62,219 nt of DNA, filler included, from Globobulimina sp. (GCA_003354225.1; 22 parts of 22 records of this genome joined end to end with filler, not necessarily neighbours in it); one strand, 5' to 3'. Shown: positions 1 to 11,626, numbered from the whole stretch's first letter. Notes: generated by a model from the letters alone, not told the origin. Numbers and translations are program-made.

Positions 1-394
1 TTTATTTTTTTCTGCGATACACATAAAGTCAAAATAATGATGAAAAAAAATCCAATGATCATTGTCAAAATAAACTCGATTTGAACAGCTAGTTCAAAAG
101 TTGATGGTACCACGCGATGTAACAAAACAAGCATACACATCAAACAGAATATTAATTAAAAAACAAGCATTGTTTGGAATATGCTACATTTTAGAAAAAT
201 TAACAATAACAATATAATTAAATGATGTTATAAACAGTTTGATCATCATTGAAATCTTGACATATTCCAAAAGATACAGTATCATCAATATCCATATTTA
301 ATAAACAATTATCAGCATCATAATTATTGCAACACATGTAATCATCTGATTTCTACAAAAAAATATTTACATCAATCAAAGTGAAAAAGGTTAA

Positions 395-562
395 GGTAGT
401 GGTAGTTGTGTAATTAGTGGAGATAACTAATAAAGAAAAACGATACATATATTTGAATCACAAACAGTGTTATACCAAAGTAAATGTATTAAAATGTAGT
501 GCATATACCTCATAATTATATTGATAATACCATTAGTTATATCCACTAATTACACAATTACC
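395..562. mobile_element. Putative non-autonomous DNA transposon (MITE) with ~30-bp TIRs and TTAA flanks, Kolobok-like
   Basis: 401-431 GGTAGTTGTGTAATTAGTGGAGATAACTAAT is the reverse complement of 532-562 with 2 mismatches. TTAA lies at 391-394 and 563-566, and the termini are GG...CC. Confidence 0.6.
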
Positions 563-1325
563 TTAAGAACCGTCACAACGTGTTACATCTGAAAAAATGT
601 TCTGACGATTTGAGTCCAAAAACGTATTCATAAATTCATGTAACGTATGGTTCATAAATTACGTACATTTATAAATAATTGTGGTTCATGAATTTATCTG
701 TTTGGCAATTAGCTGATTGGGAAAAATATTTTTGCGATAATGACATATATATCAGAGTCATAATATACAAACCGATGTTTTTGGATTATAGAAACAAAAT
801 TGCACCGATATTTGCTATGCATGTACAGTATATGTAAAAAATACCTTAATTGGGTTTTGGTGTTTGATTAAACTTTGTTGCAATGCAATTAATTTCTGTC
901 GTAAATTAAATATTTTTTGTTTATTTTGAATCATAACAGAGTTTGTGCTTTGTATTGAAGCTTTTATTGTATTTAATACTTTATTACTAATTATAACGTT
1001 TTGCCCATTATTTATACTGTTTGGCTCTGTTACCATTTAACCAGTTTTTTGATTTATTTTCATATGTTTTTAATGTCAATGCATTATTATTTTTAACCAA
1101 ACAAAGATTGAGGCCATTCCAATTAATAACCATTGATAAAATATCATTCATTTCCACATTGGTTATATTTATTGTAAACTGTTGAAATTTAAATGTATTG
1201 TTTGTGCCAATCGCAACTAGTTTACTGATTTCATAACTTGTACATTTATTTATTATAGTTTGCCATGCAGCTAACCTGAAATTTATATTCTTTGTTTCAT
1301 GCGCCTAAATAATATTAAATGAATT

Positions 1326-1420
1326 TTAATGACCAATTATCAATTAGCCATCAATTAATTGATCAATTAATTAATCAAATAATTATTAATTGATTGATTA
1401 ATTAATTAATTGGTCATTAA
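1326..1420. repeat. AT-rich imperfect palindrome/foldback
   Basis: TTAATGACCAATTA (1326-1339) pairs with TAATTGGTCATTAA (1407-1420), and there are inner AATTAATTAATCAA/TTGATTAATTAATT arms. Confidence 0.7.
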
Positions 1421-1790
1421 TATATATATATACAATCTAAATAATGTATTCAATAACTATTAGTTTTTGTTTTGTTGTTTTGACCCAATAATCCATTGCT
1501 GATTGGATACTTTGGAAGTGTGGATGGAGGAAGATTATCTATGGAAGTTTTGAAATGAAAAAAGTGAAAAAATACTTACTTCCCAAGGGTTTCAAAAACG
1601 TTTTCAAAAACGCTGTCGAAAATACGAATTTTACCCACTTGCTGTGATTATGATCATGACGAAAGTAATGAGAGTGAGATGACGAGGAGCTAGCTAGAGC
1701 TGTATTATTGTACAACATTTATTGGCTGGATAGTGACAATACTATACATAATGCAACATGTCAGACAGAATACAATTTCTTTGTTGTTGT

Positions 1791-2147
1791 TTACAATGAA
1801 ACAGCGGTTGTATTTTGATCATTAAATTGCGATACTATAATTCCGCCATTCCGGGCATTATTTGTTGTTGACGTCGGTGTTTCAGATTGTGTTGGAACGT
1901 TAACGATTGTTTTGTTATTTTGCTGTTTTGCAAAATAATTATTGATATGACTCACATCATTTGAGAAATAATAATGTATCACTCCAATGATAGTACCAAT
2001 AAATAGTGATATTACACCTTTAAATCCAGAAAAATATGGATCGTCTTGTATGCAAAATAAATCATAGATCCACGATGATATAGCAAAAATTATACCAAAT
2101 CCAGAGCTTAAACTCCAAAACAACATGAATGATGATTTAATATTCAT
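1791..2147 (-). CDS. Small membrane protein of unknown function (probably the last exon of a longer gene)
   Basis: 118-aa ORF with two hydrophobic segments and a polar tail. Confidence 0.45.
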   Translation of the reverse strand: MNIKSSFMLFWSLSSGFGIIFAISSWIYDLFCIQDDPYFSGFKGVISLFIGTIIGVIHYYFSNDVSHINNYFAKQQNNKTIVNVPTQSETPTSTTNNARNGGIIVSQFNDQNTTAVSL

Positions 2148-2489
2148 TGAATATGTATTGTGTTTATATGCTGTATAACAATAATATATTATGTGCCGTA
2201 CAACAATGCAGTAATCAATTGGTGCTATTCAATGGTACACATATAACATGATATATGTATGTTCGTTTGTCGTACCATGGTCTTTCCTGTTACTACTGAA
2301 AAAAGTGTAACCCAAATAACATACTGTGCCATGATTGTCTAAACAATATTGTTAAATTATCATCACAAAAATAGAAACGTTATAATAAATGTTGTATATT
2401 ATGGACAACATATTGGACATAAACATCATAACATCTAAATATATACACACACAAAATAAATTGCATAACTATAGCGATACATTAATTGC

Positions 2490-2735
2490 TTACGTGTACA
2501 ATTTATTCAATTTCATTGCAGTTCGAACACTTTTCGGTAAATAAAACAAATGCGCACAATGATTTACCACATGAATTATCACTCGCGTATAACCCAAAGA
2601 ATTGCCATGCAATCTTCGCAATTGTACAACATACACAATATCATCCTTTAAGTCTTTCCATTTTACTGATTTCCAAATCAACACTTCAAACACAACCGAT
2701 CGCGACTCCAAATCAGTAACATTATCGTCCCGCTT
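2490..2735 (-). CDS. C-terminal fragment with KA1-like (kinase-associated) domain
   Basis: VVFEVLIWK...VYVVQLRRLHGNSLGYTRV resembles the KA1 pattern FEhEhxK...hhxhKRLxGDxxxY. The frame is open to the contig edge. Confidence 0.5.
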   Translation of the reverse strand, partial: KRDDNVTDLESRSVVFEVLIWKSVKWKDLKDDIVYVVQLRRLHGNSLGYTRVIIHVVNHCAHLFYLPKSVRTAMKLNKLYT

Positions 2736-2835
2736 NNNNNNNNNNNNNNNNNNNNNNNNNNNNNNNNNNNNNNNNNNNNTTAATTAATTAANNNNNNNNN
2801 NNNNNNNNNNNNNNNNNNNNNNNNNNNNNNNNNNN
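2736..2835. other. Artificial contig-joining spacer (N44-TTAATTAATTAA-N44), first of 21
   Basis: The same 100-bp spacer recurs every ~2.83 kb and the linker has stops in all frames. Contigs shrink from 2735 to 2730 bp, which indicates a length-sorted concatenation. Confidence 0.99.
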
Positions 2836-3068
2836 AAGAAAAAGCAAAATAAAATGCCAAGCCATCAAAAACAAGAATTGTAAAACATGTTTTTGGATAT
2901 TTTTTCATCAAATTATACTTTTTAACATTTTTAGGTTTTCGGTTGTTGTGTGCAAGGATAAATGAACAATAATTATATTATTAAAATACTTTACATTTCA
3001 TCCATTGATCAATATTCTTATATTTAATATTGAATGGAGTATAAATATGTTTTTGTATTTCAATTGTT

Positions 3069-4028
3069 TTATATTTCTAACTCTGCAAAAATTGCCCGAT
3101 GATCTGATAAGAAATGAAATGGAGTGTCCATAGATACCGCTTCATCAAATATTCCAAATGAAATAAATTTAAAAGCGTCTGCAATAAATATTTTATCATA
3201 TCGCGTTGTCCCTAATTTTCCGATTTGAAAGAAATTTCGATAAAAGGTGGCCATAAAAGTTTCTTGTTTTAAATGTTGTTTATTTATCAGTTCCCAACAC
3301 GATGTAATACCTTTTTGTTTATATTCATTTAAAATATGCGCTTCATCATAGTCTCTCATATTGGTATCACCCATTAACACAAAATTTTTGTGCATATTTA
3401 ATTTTTTACTCAATTTATACAATCTGTCAAATGCTTGTTTTCTTGCAATTGATCCATGATTCCCATAATTTAAATGTACAGCAAATAATATTACTTTTTT
3501 ATTGTCATCATATTTGGATTCATGTTCATTTATAATATTTAATTGTTTTTCAACTATTTTTTTTCGCAATATAACCGCTGGAAAAATGCCTTTTGGATCG
3601 ATATTAGAATCATAATTAATGTCATATCCATATTTTTCTTCAATTCGTTTGTTAATTAATATTAAAGTATGGCCACAATGTGACGCGGTCGAATTAGTAA
3701 TATACCAATTTTTTGAATCAATATATTTTTTAATTAATGGATGAAAGTCGTGATATTCATCACTTTGATTAATTCCATAAAAAGGTATTGATATTTCTTG
3801 AAATGAAATAATATCAGCATCTTGTTTCTCAACTTGACTATAAACCAAATCCCATTTATTATTATTTTCATGCCATTCATTTGGAGCGTACGCAGATATT
3901 GCTTGCATGTTCACGTTCCATGACACTAATTTTAAATAATCATACTTTTCATTGTTTTGAACATAATTTGTGATACGTACAGATATTGGAGTGCCATATT
4001 CGATATTTGATTGAATGGATTTAGCCAT
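3069..4028 (-). CDS. Endonuclease/exonuclease/phosphatase family protein, TDP2-like
   Basis: Motifs VSWNV, DIISFQE, VHL, GDTNMR, RYDKI and FLSDH. Confidence 0.8.
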   Translation of the reverse strand: MAKSIQSNIEYGTPISVRITNYVQNNEKYDYLKLVSWNVNMQAISAYAPNEWHENNNKWDLVYSQVEKQDADIISFQEISIPFYGINQSDEYHDFHPLIKKYIDSKNWYITNSTASHCGHTLILINKRIEEKYGYDINYDSNIDPKGIFPAVILRKKIVEKQLNIINEHESKYDDNKKVILFAVHLNYGNHGSIARKQAFDRLYKLSKKLNMHKNFVLMGDTNMRDYDEAHILNEYKQKGITSCWELINKQHLKQETFMATFYRNFFQIGKLGTTRYDKIFIADAFKFISFGIFDEAVSMDTPFHFLSDHRAIFAELEI

Positions 4029-4149
4029 ATTGAATGTAAATGTTAGTTAACAAAAACTCAACAAAACATTCAAAACATCTTTTAATTCTTTTGCATCTAT
4101 CCGTTAACTCAGTGGATTTAAAGGACATTTCTCATCGGACAATCAAAAA

Positions 4150-4623
4150 ATGTCAGGAATCGCATTAATTCGTTTATCAGAAGAGCGTAAAGCATGGCGT
4201 AAATGTCATCCGCATGGTTTCTTTGCGCGACCAAGTAAAAATCCAGACGGATCAACAAATTTACTATGTTGGAAATGTGGAATCCCCGGCAAAAAAGGTG
4301 GTTGTTGGGAAGGTGGTGTGTATCGATTAAATATGTTTTTTACAGAGGATTATCCAAATAAGCCACCAAAATGCCAGTTTGATGCACCATTGTTCCATCC
4401 AAATATTTATCCGTCGGGGACTGTGTGTTTGTCGATATTGAATGAAGAGAAAGGTTGGAAACCTTGCATCACCATAAAAACAATATTGCTCGGTGTACAG
4501 AAATTGTTGGACGAACCAAATAATGAGGATCCAGCCCAAAAAAAACCATATGAACTATTTCGAAAAAATCAAGAGGAGTTCTGGAAAAAAGTTAGAATCG
4601 AAGCGAGAAAATATCAAATTTGA
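4150..4623 (+). CDS. UBC9: SUMO-conjugating enzyme Ubc9
   Basis: [18 protein letters not shown], HPxGFx[24 protein letters not shown]; 157 aa and intronless. Confidence 0.97.
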   Translation: MSGIALIRLSEERKAWRKCHPHGFFARPSKNPDGSTNLLCWKCGIPGKKGGCWEGGVYRLNMFFTEDYPNKPPKCQFDAPLFHPNIYPSGTVCLSILNEEKGWKPCITIKTILLGVQKLLDEPNNEDPAQKKPYELFRKNQEEFWKKVRIEARKYQI

Positions 4624-5091
4624 TGCATGATTTTTTTTATTTTATTGTCCGATCATGTTTTTGCAGTCTCATGCATAATAATTTATATTTGATTACTTTG
4701 CTAATTATCAGAAATGCAATGTTATATTGCAGATTAATGCAAAAGGCAAACCATGAAGTATGATTTGTTGCTGTTCACATCACATCACATCACCCGCAAC
4801 GAGGCAAGGCGTAGCTGTTTGAGCTTGTTCGTATTTTACAGTTTTAGGAAAAACTTTTTCTCTCAGAGCCTGCAATCGGACTCATACACGTTCTGTTCAA
4901 TTTCGTTATCCTTGCGTCAAGATTCACATCTTTCAAATAATTCTTACAATTTACTCTTATCAATAAAAGACCCTCACACCAAAAAAATATCCAATAAATA
5001 ATTTTACAAAAATAAAACAAAAAGAGCACTTAAAAAAAATATCATTTTAAATATCAGACTGTCTTTTTTTATAAAAAAACCTCTATCCATA

Positions 5092-5570
5092 TCACTTTTG
5101 ACATTCCTTCGAATGTCTGGCCCAATCACTGACTTGGTGCTCCCTGGAACAATAAAACGCAGCTTTACATTGTGAGCATCTCATAACGTTTCCAGTCTTG
5201 CCACACACAAAACATTTCGCAGCCGATGCATCATTCTGCGCAGTGTTACTAGTCTCACTTTTTTGTTCCACCGGCTGTGGCTGCTGGGCCTGTTTGGCCT
5301 GAACAGGTGGCTGCATTTGCTGTTGATACATTTTATTCCTTTCATACTGCTCATTATAACTTGTGTGGTCTCGCTGTGCGGGCAAACTGTAGCCACCGCC
5401 ATATTTCTGCGTAAACTCCTTGACATGAGCCAACTGCCCAAATCCATTGAACACCAAATGATCCCGAATCTTATCAATGGCTTTCACCAATTGCTTCAAG
5501 TGCGTCTTGGTAGTGATACAACAGATACTTGACAACGTCGACGGTGTCATATTCAACAATATCGGCCCAG
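5092..5570 (-). CDS. MYND zinc-finger protein (5' truncated)
   Basis: C-terminal CFVC...CSQC...YCSREHQVSDWARHSKEC. Confidence 0.85.
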
Positions 5571-5670
5571 NNNNNNNNNNNNNNNNNNNNNNNNNNNNNN
5601 NNNNNNNNNNNNNNTTAATTAATTAANNNNNNNNNNNNNNNNNNNNNNNNNNNNNNNNNNNNNNNNNNNN

Positions 5671-5969
5671 ATATCTGATTGGCCGAAATATTGTTTTTTC
5701 AAATCTGATAAGCCACGGCCATGGATACGCAATAATTGTTTGAAAAACGTCGACTTGCCACTGTTGCCTGGGCCTAATAACAATAATTTTTTGATTTTTT
5801 TGTCCTTTTCTGCGTCCCGTTTGAGCGTTGCCGTCCATCGACTGTCGGTTTTGCTCAATGCGCTGCGATTTCCTCTGCTATCGCGCGAGTGCTCTTTTTT
5901 CTCCTCATCTTTTAATAGTGGTTGGGTTACAGACTGTGATCCATATTGTCTTTCGCAACAACAGCCCAT
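5671..5969 (-). CDS. Heterotrimeric G-protein alpha subunit, N-terminal part
   Basis: MGCCC acylation signal and KLLLLGPGNSGKSTFFKQL (G1 box), followed by IHGxG. Confidence 0.9.
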
Positions 5970-6002
5970 GATTGAAATTGTGACGTGAATACTATAAAAA
6001 AC

Positions 6003-6788
6003 TTAAAGAAAATTAAGGTATACACTCCAAGCAACCCCACCTACCAAATGAGGATATTTCATTTCAACACATAATTTATACCATGATTGTTGTCTGTTAA
6101 ACAATGATACGAACGGAAATAAGGACGAATTATCCTCAATTTCTTGCGTCATTTGGCCACTTTTCCTGTAGCGATAATCCTGATGCAATGATCCAATCAA
6201 TGCAAAAATACCAGGAAATATAAACATAATCACCGACGTATAATGAACACTTTTCAATGCACATCCAAACCATAAAAATGCATTGGACCAAAATATAGGA
6301 TATCTGCAAACTCTTTTTATGCCATAAATACTGTTTACATCTTTGATGGGTTCATGTTCGATGGGACAGACCACATCCAAATAATACTTTTGATTCTCTT
6401 TTAACAAATCATAATTGCCTTCAATTGATAAATCCGTTGCTGTTTTGACCTGAAATGGACTTTTGAACTCTTGCGACAATCCAATTAAACCGAGTGTTTG
6501 CAGAAAACATGCACTGTATTTGAATGGGATGCTGTTTATCTTCCAAAATCTATTCAGTATCGTTGGTCCGGAGTGTCTTCCATATCTCATATATCCGTAA
6601 ATGGTGTATGCGCAGGCCACCAACGACAGGCCTGTATAACCATAATGATAGATATCATCGCCAAATGTTGATACAATCCATTCTTTATTATGAGATAATA
6701 TCAAGTTCTCCGCAATGAACGCATTCCAGCCTAGAAAAATCCAACGAACCCCTTTGTGACTTGCAAGCTGACCCAGCAAATTTGCCAT
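6003..6788 (-). CDS. NnrU/Z-ISO family integral membrane protein
   Basis: Multiple TM segments. GIKRVCRYPIFWS matches NnrU GIxRITRHP..W, and ALIGSLHQDYR is followed by SLFPF. Confidence 0.65.
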   Translation of the reverse strand: MANLLGQLASHKGVRWIFLGWNAFIAENLILSHNKEWIVSTFGDDIYHYGYTGLSLVACAYTIYGYMRYGRHSGPTILNRFWKINSIPFKYSACFLQTLGLIGLSQEFKSPFQVKTATDLSIEGNYDLLKENQKYYLDVVCPIEHEPIKDVNSIYGIKRVCRYPIFWSNAFLWFGCALKSVHYTSVIMFIFPGIFALIGSLHQDYRYRKSGQMTQEIEDNSSLFPFVSLFNRQQSWYKLCVEMKYPHLVGGVAWSVYLNFL

Positions 6789-6829
6789 TTTTTTCAACTT
6801 AACAATCCTCTGAACATTTTGCTACATTA

Positions 6830-8157
6830 ATGGCCAATTATTTTCACGACGAACAGGTAACATGGCAGAAAATGCATCAACAATGGAAATCTCAACAAAA
6901 TAAAATGCGATCAAAGTATGTGTACAAATAACTACATAAATATTTATAACCTTTTTTGCATTGACATACCCAAAAACAAAAAGGGTGAAAGTCGAGAATA
7001 TGTTTGATTGGGAAGTACCAAAACAAGTTAGCATTAAATATGAGAAAAATAAGAATTTTGGATTGATCAAAGTACACAGAAACCAGTCATTACGACGGTT
7101 AAATAAATGGAGAGCCAAAAACAAAATAACGGATAAAAACGCTTCCAACGTAGTTCCATTGCGTTATATTGGCGGTGTGGATATATCAGCCACGAAACCC
7201 GGTGCTTTTGAATACGACAAAGCATGCGCTGCCTTAACGATTTATGAATATCCATCCATGCAACTGATACACGAAGAGACAGAGATAGTAACCCTTAAAC
7301 ATCCGTACATTGCGGGATTCCTCGCATTTCGCGAAGTTTCCTATTTAATTAAATTGGTGAACAAAGTGAAAAAGCAGAGGCCAGGCATTGTGCCGCAGGT
7401 AATACTCGTTGACGGTAATGGCATTTTGCATTATCGAAGAATGGGATTAGCGACACATTTATCTCTGCGAGTGGATATTCCATGCATTGGCATTGCAAAG
7501 AAGTTACTGGCCATCGATAACTTAAATGTTGACTATTTAGTACCGCATTTGAACGAGAAATTGAAGGCAGTTGGTAGCTTTTATAGGATCCATGGCTTTA
7601 ATCGTGAATTGGTTGGATATGCAGTGAGAACACACGGAGTGGAGGATATTGTTTATGTGTCGCCGGGACATATGATTGACTATGAGACATCATTGAAAGT
7701 TGTGATGCTTTGTTTGGATTCGGATGGGAGATATAAGTTGCCGCTGCCTGTAGAAAAGGCGGATTTTGTGAGCAGAAAACAGATTTATAGATATCAACAT
7801 CAACATAGGAATGCATACTCATATAATGGTAATAATGGCCATAAACAGAGTTACAATGAGAATTATAGGAGAAATACTCGGATTATATTGAATAGCAAGA
7901 ATAATGGTGATAGGTCTAAAAATAATGTGCGAAAATATCAATCTAAACGTATGAAAAACGATGATGAGAAAAAGGAGCAGCTGATATCCCAAAAAAATTT
8001 GGCAAAGCCCAAACCAAACAATCAAAAAACTTGGGAAGCAAGAAATAAAAGCAAGGTGAATGATGCTGATGCTCCAACAAATTTTACACTTAGTAAGTAT
8101 GCTAAACGTAGAAACAGAAAGAAACAGTGGAAAAAAGTTCAATTGAATGATTTGTAA
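6830..8157 (+). CDS. ENDOV: Endonuclease V (inosine-specific nuclease), one intron at 6916-6983
   Basis: YIGGVDIS, PYIAGFLAFRE, ILVDGNGILH, CIGIAK, YVSPGH. Splicing 6916-6983 joins an ATG exon (6830; QWKSQQ) in frame. Confidence 0.93.
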
Positions 8158-8505
8158 GATTCATAACAAATGGGCTTAGAAAAACCGATACTTAAAGCTT
8201 AGAAAAACACATTTACTAAATATGCGATAACATTTAGAGTGTGCAAGGATAAGTTAATCAACATTTAGTTTATCTCAACCATTGGTCCCTTGCCTTTGTA
8301 TAAGCTTCGTACAATGTTTCTTGAGCCATTGGCGTTATTTCTTTCATCAAAACACGTGAAGCAATATCATCACCCTCAGTTTCAAATATTATGCCCTCTT
8401 CACATNNNNNNNNNNNNNNNNNNNNNNNNNNNNNNNNNNNNNNNNNNNNTTAATTAATTAANNNNNNNNNNNNNNNNNNNNNNNNNNNNNNNNNNNNNNN
8501 NNNNN

Positions 8506-9241
8506 CTTTTTTGGCGCTGTCAGTGTCAATAACTTGGCCATAGTCAATCGTAACAAATGTTGTTGTTTTAAAGTCTGTTATATTTCCAGCAATCAAATAA
8601 TTTAATAGTTTCGCTTCACGATAAATCCACTCTGATTGCCAGACTTTTTGTAACACGAAAGATGCGTCCAATAAGAATTTAAATACATAATGGTCGCGAT
8701 TCAAGGCAAATAAATGATGTTTTGGGTGGTTTTTTATTAATTCTAAATCTCCGTTTTCATGATATTCCAGTAGCAGCGCAACATAATAAATGTTTGACAA
8801 CAGAATATGTTCAGATGCATAACACCGAATGGATGGATATGTTATATGCAATGAATCAGTGTAATCAGTACCATTTCGTAAAAAGTCCATGCTTTGAATA
8901 TATTCATTTGTTGCTGTCAATGCATACATGAATTTGGTCATGGCTGATTCTTCCAATATGTTAACATTCGCCAAATGAGACAAGTCGTTAACACTTATTT
9001 TTAATGCGAATATCGAACCGTCAGCAAATAGCGAACCGTCTGCTAATTGTGCTTGAACTTTATAAATCGAGCCATAAGTGCCTTTTCTGAATGCTTGATC
9101 ATCGACAGGAAATAAAGTATAATGTCCTACAATACATGGCGGGTACAAGACGTCTGTTGGACAGCGTTGAACTATTTGTGTATCACCGGCATTGCAAATA
9201 ACAACCAACGCTCCAAAAAATATTGTTTGAATTGAACCCAT
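8506..9241 (-). CDS. Protein kinase-like protein with N-terminal signal peptide (probable pseudokinase), 3' truncated
   Basis: KGTYGSIYK, FALK, LEYHENGDL, YREAKLLN (HRD-like), IDYG; hydrophobic N-terminus. Confidence 0.75.
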
Positions 9242-9312
9242 TTGTCCGGACTGCAGAGTGTTTTTAATATTAGAACCTGACTGAATTGTGCCCTACTGCT
9301 ACTTTAGTAAAC

Positions 9313-11240
9313 ATGAGGTCGTTAAAGAAGTATCTGGTATGGAATGCAGGTGGGCCATTCTCGAGACAACTGGGCTATAATAGATATTACATGCATCGCA
9401 TTGCATTGATTCAGCAAAGCAATCAAAATAATCACGATGCATGTTCTCAATTGTTCCAAAATATAATCGAATGGAATGAGAATGGTTCGTTATTTACAAA
9501 CCTCCAATACAATCATTTACAAACCTTATTTGACACTGACAATGGCTCTAAATTCTTTAATCTATTTATAAATGATTTTAATTATAATGCATCCAAATTA
9601 TTATCCTATGCAAAGTATGCACCACAGACTCATGACGGCAATCAATTATTAATTCAATTAATGCATCAATTTGCAAACATCGGCGATTACGAATCATGCT
9701 CAATTATATTTAAATGGATATGTGAAGATTTCGAAAATAAAACCATATCAATTGATTATTACAATATTTTATTAAAAGCAATTTATAGCACAGCTATTAA
9801 TGCTAATAACAACAATGAAATAATACTAAAATCATTTGATATTTGGTGTGATATAAAAGAATCGCCAATTTCTTTCAACTCTGATACCATATTTTATTTA
9901 TTAAACATATTAAAATCAAATAAAAACCATTTAAAACACTTTGTGGATGATATATTTAATAATTATAATGCTGTCATATCAATGGATGTAAATATAATTA
10001 TCCATCTTTTACCATTTATTAATGACATAAACACCGCATTTACAATTTATAAAAACAATCTTCATCTGGAAACAAATACAAATACAAATAAATTGTCATT
10101 ATCAATGCTTGAAAATATCATAAATAATATCGATTCATTCAAAAACGATAATAATTTGATTAATTCGTACATTATGGAGATAATAAATAATTATTCACCA
10201 AATGTGAACAATCACAAATCCATTGCAAATATTGTGCGTCGTATTTGTTTGTTGCCAATGGATAAAAAAACTAAATACAAATTCGATGACAATAAGAATA
10301 TACTCAATATATTTGAAGGTAAATACAACAATCATTATTTTAATTATTTATTGGATAACGCATTTAATATGAACGAGATTGAGCTGTTATGCAATGAATA
10401 TGGCGATTTATTCAATGCCCATAACTTATATAATATGGTACATCAAGTCATTAATGTTCTGAAATTACACTCGAAAAACAATGAATTAAACCATAAGTTC
10501 ATATCCTTTGTGATGAACAACACAAAGGAATTAATACCAAATATGACCTTCAATGATTCGCGAATTGCCTTGAAATTGCTATCCATTTTGGACAAACACA
10601 TTATAAATAACAACAAATTACAATTCGTTTCCATGATTGAATCAATACAAAAACACATGATTTCATTATTTACGTCGCATCAAAATGAGATATCAGCAAA
10701 GAACAATCCTTACGGTCATCGCGTGATCGTGTACAACATCGATGAGATTATTGGGATAATATCCGCATTCACTAAAAATAGAGCCTACAATGAACCGTTA
10801 TTAAATTATTTATGTGAGCAGATTGTAATAAATATACAAATAAATAATCCGCAGTACAGCTCCAATATAACGTATTTCGACGCCGCTACAAAGCATAGAA
10901 AGGCAAATAAAAATATCGCCATATTATTGCCAGTGTATACGAGCATATTACGGCATTTGCGATATTTGAATTTCTATCAAAAGAAGTTATATTCGTTAAT
11001 TGCATCGAGTTTACAAAAGAGACCCGATATTATTAAAATAAATGAACTGCGAGAATGGTGTCTTGCGTTTGGTGCTATGAACCATAACAATAATTCGATT
11101 TGGTTGTCCATACAATCCATCATTTTAAATTATTATCCAAATACGAGCACCCATACGGATACCAACATGGATATGGATTTATTGATTGATTTTATTTGGT
11201 CGATGGCGGTCAACGATTTAATACCAAATCATTGGTTGAT
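9313..11240 (+). CDS. Helical-repeat organellar RNA-binding protein (PPR-like plus FASTK/OPR-like repeats), 3' truncated
   Basis: Basic N-terminal presequence, YYNILLKA PPR-like motif, and AFTKNRAYNEPLL / LRYLNFYQKKLY / FIWSMAV repeats. Confidence 0.6.
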
Positions 11241-11341
11241 NNNNNNNNNNNNNNNNNNNNNNNNNNNNNNNNNNNNNNNNNNNNTTAATTAATTAANNNN
11301 NNNNNNNNNNNNNNNNNNNNNNNNNNNNNNNNNNNNNNNNT

Positions 11342-11461
11342 CTGTCGCATACACCGTGGTTATGTCCCAAATGTAAATCTCAAGAAATCATCAAATGCTC
11401 CGGAAATAATAACTGGAGAACATGTGATAATTGCGCTTGTATGATTTCTATTGTGCCATAA
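11342..11461 (+). CDS. 3' end of a zinc-ribbon protein
   Basis: The frame from the contig edge reads WLCPKCKSQEIIKCSGNNNWRTCDNCACMISIVP*. Confidence 0.45.
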   Translation: MSHTPWLCPKCKSQEIIKCSGNNNWRTCDNCACMISIVP

Positions 11462-11626
11462 AAATAAACGTTTCTTCAAAGTATTTCAGTCCAATTGTAC
11501 CTTTTAAACTCGTTAATCGTTTCCTAGTCATATCGGCAGAGCCCGGTTTAAACAAACCAGAGATGTTGGTTCGACTTTTAAGTTACGAAGATGACTGTGT
11601 CTAATTGTCTAATTAAGCGGCGAAGC

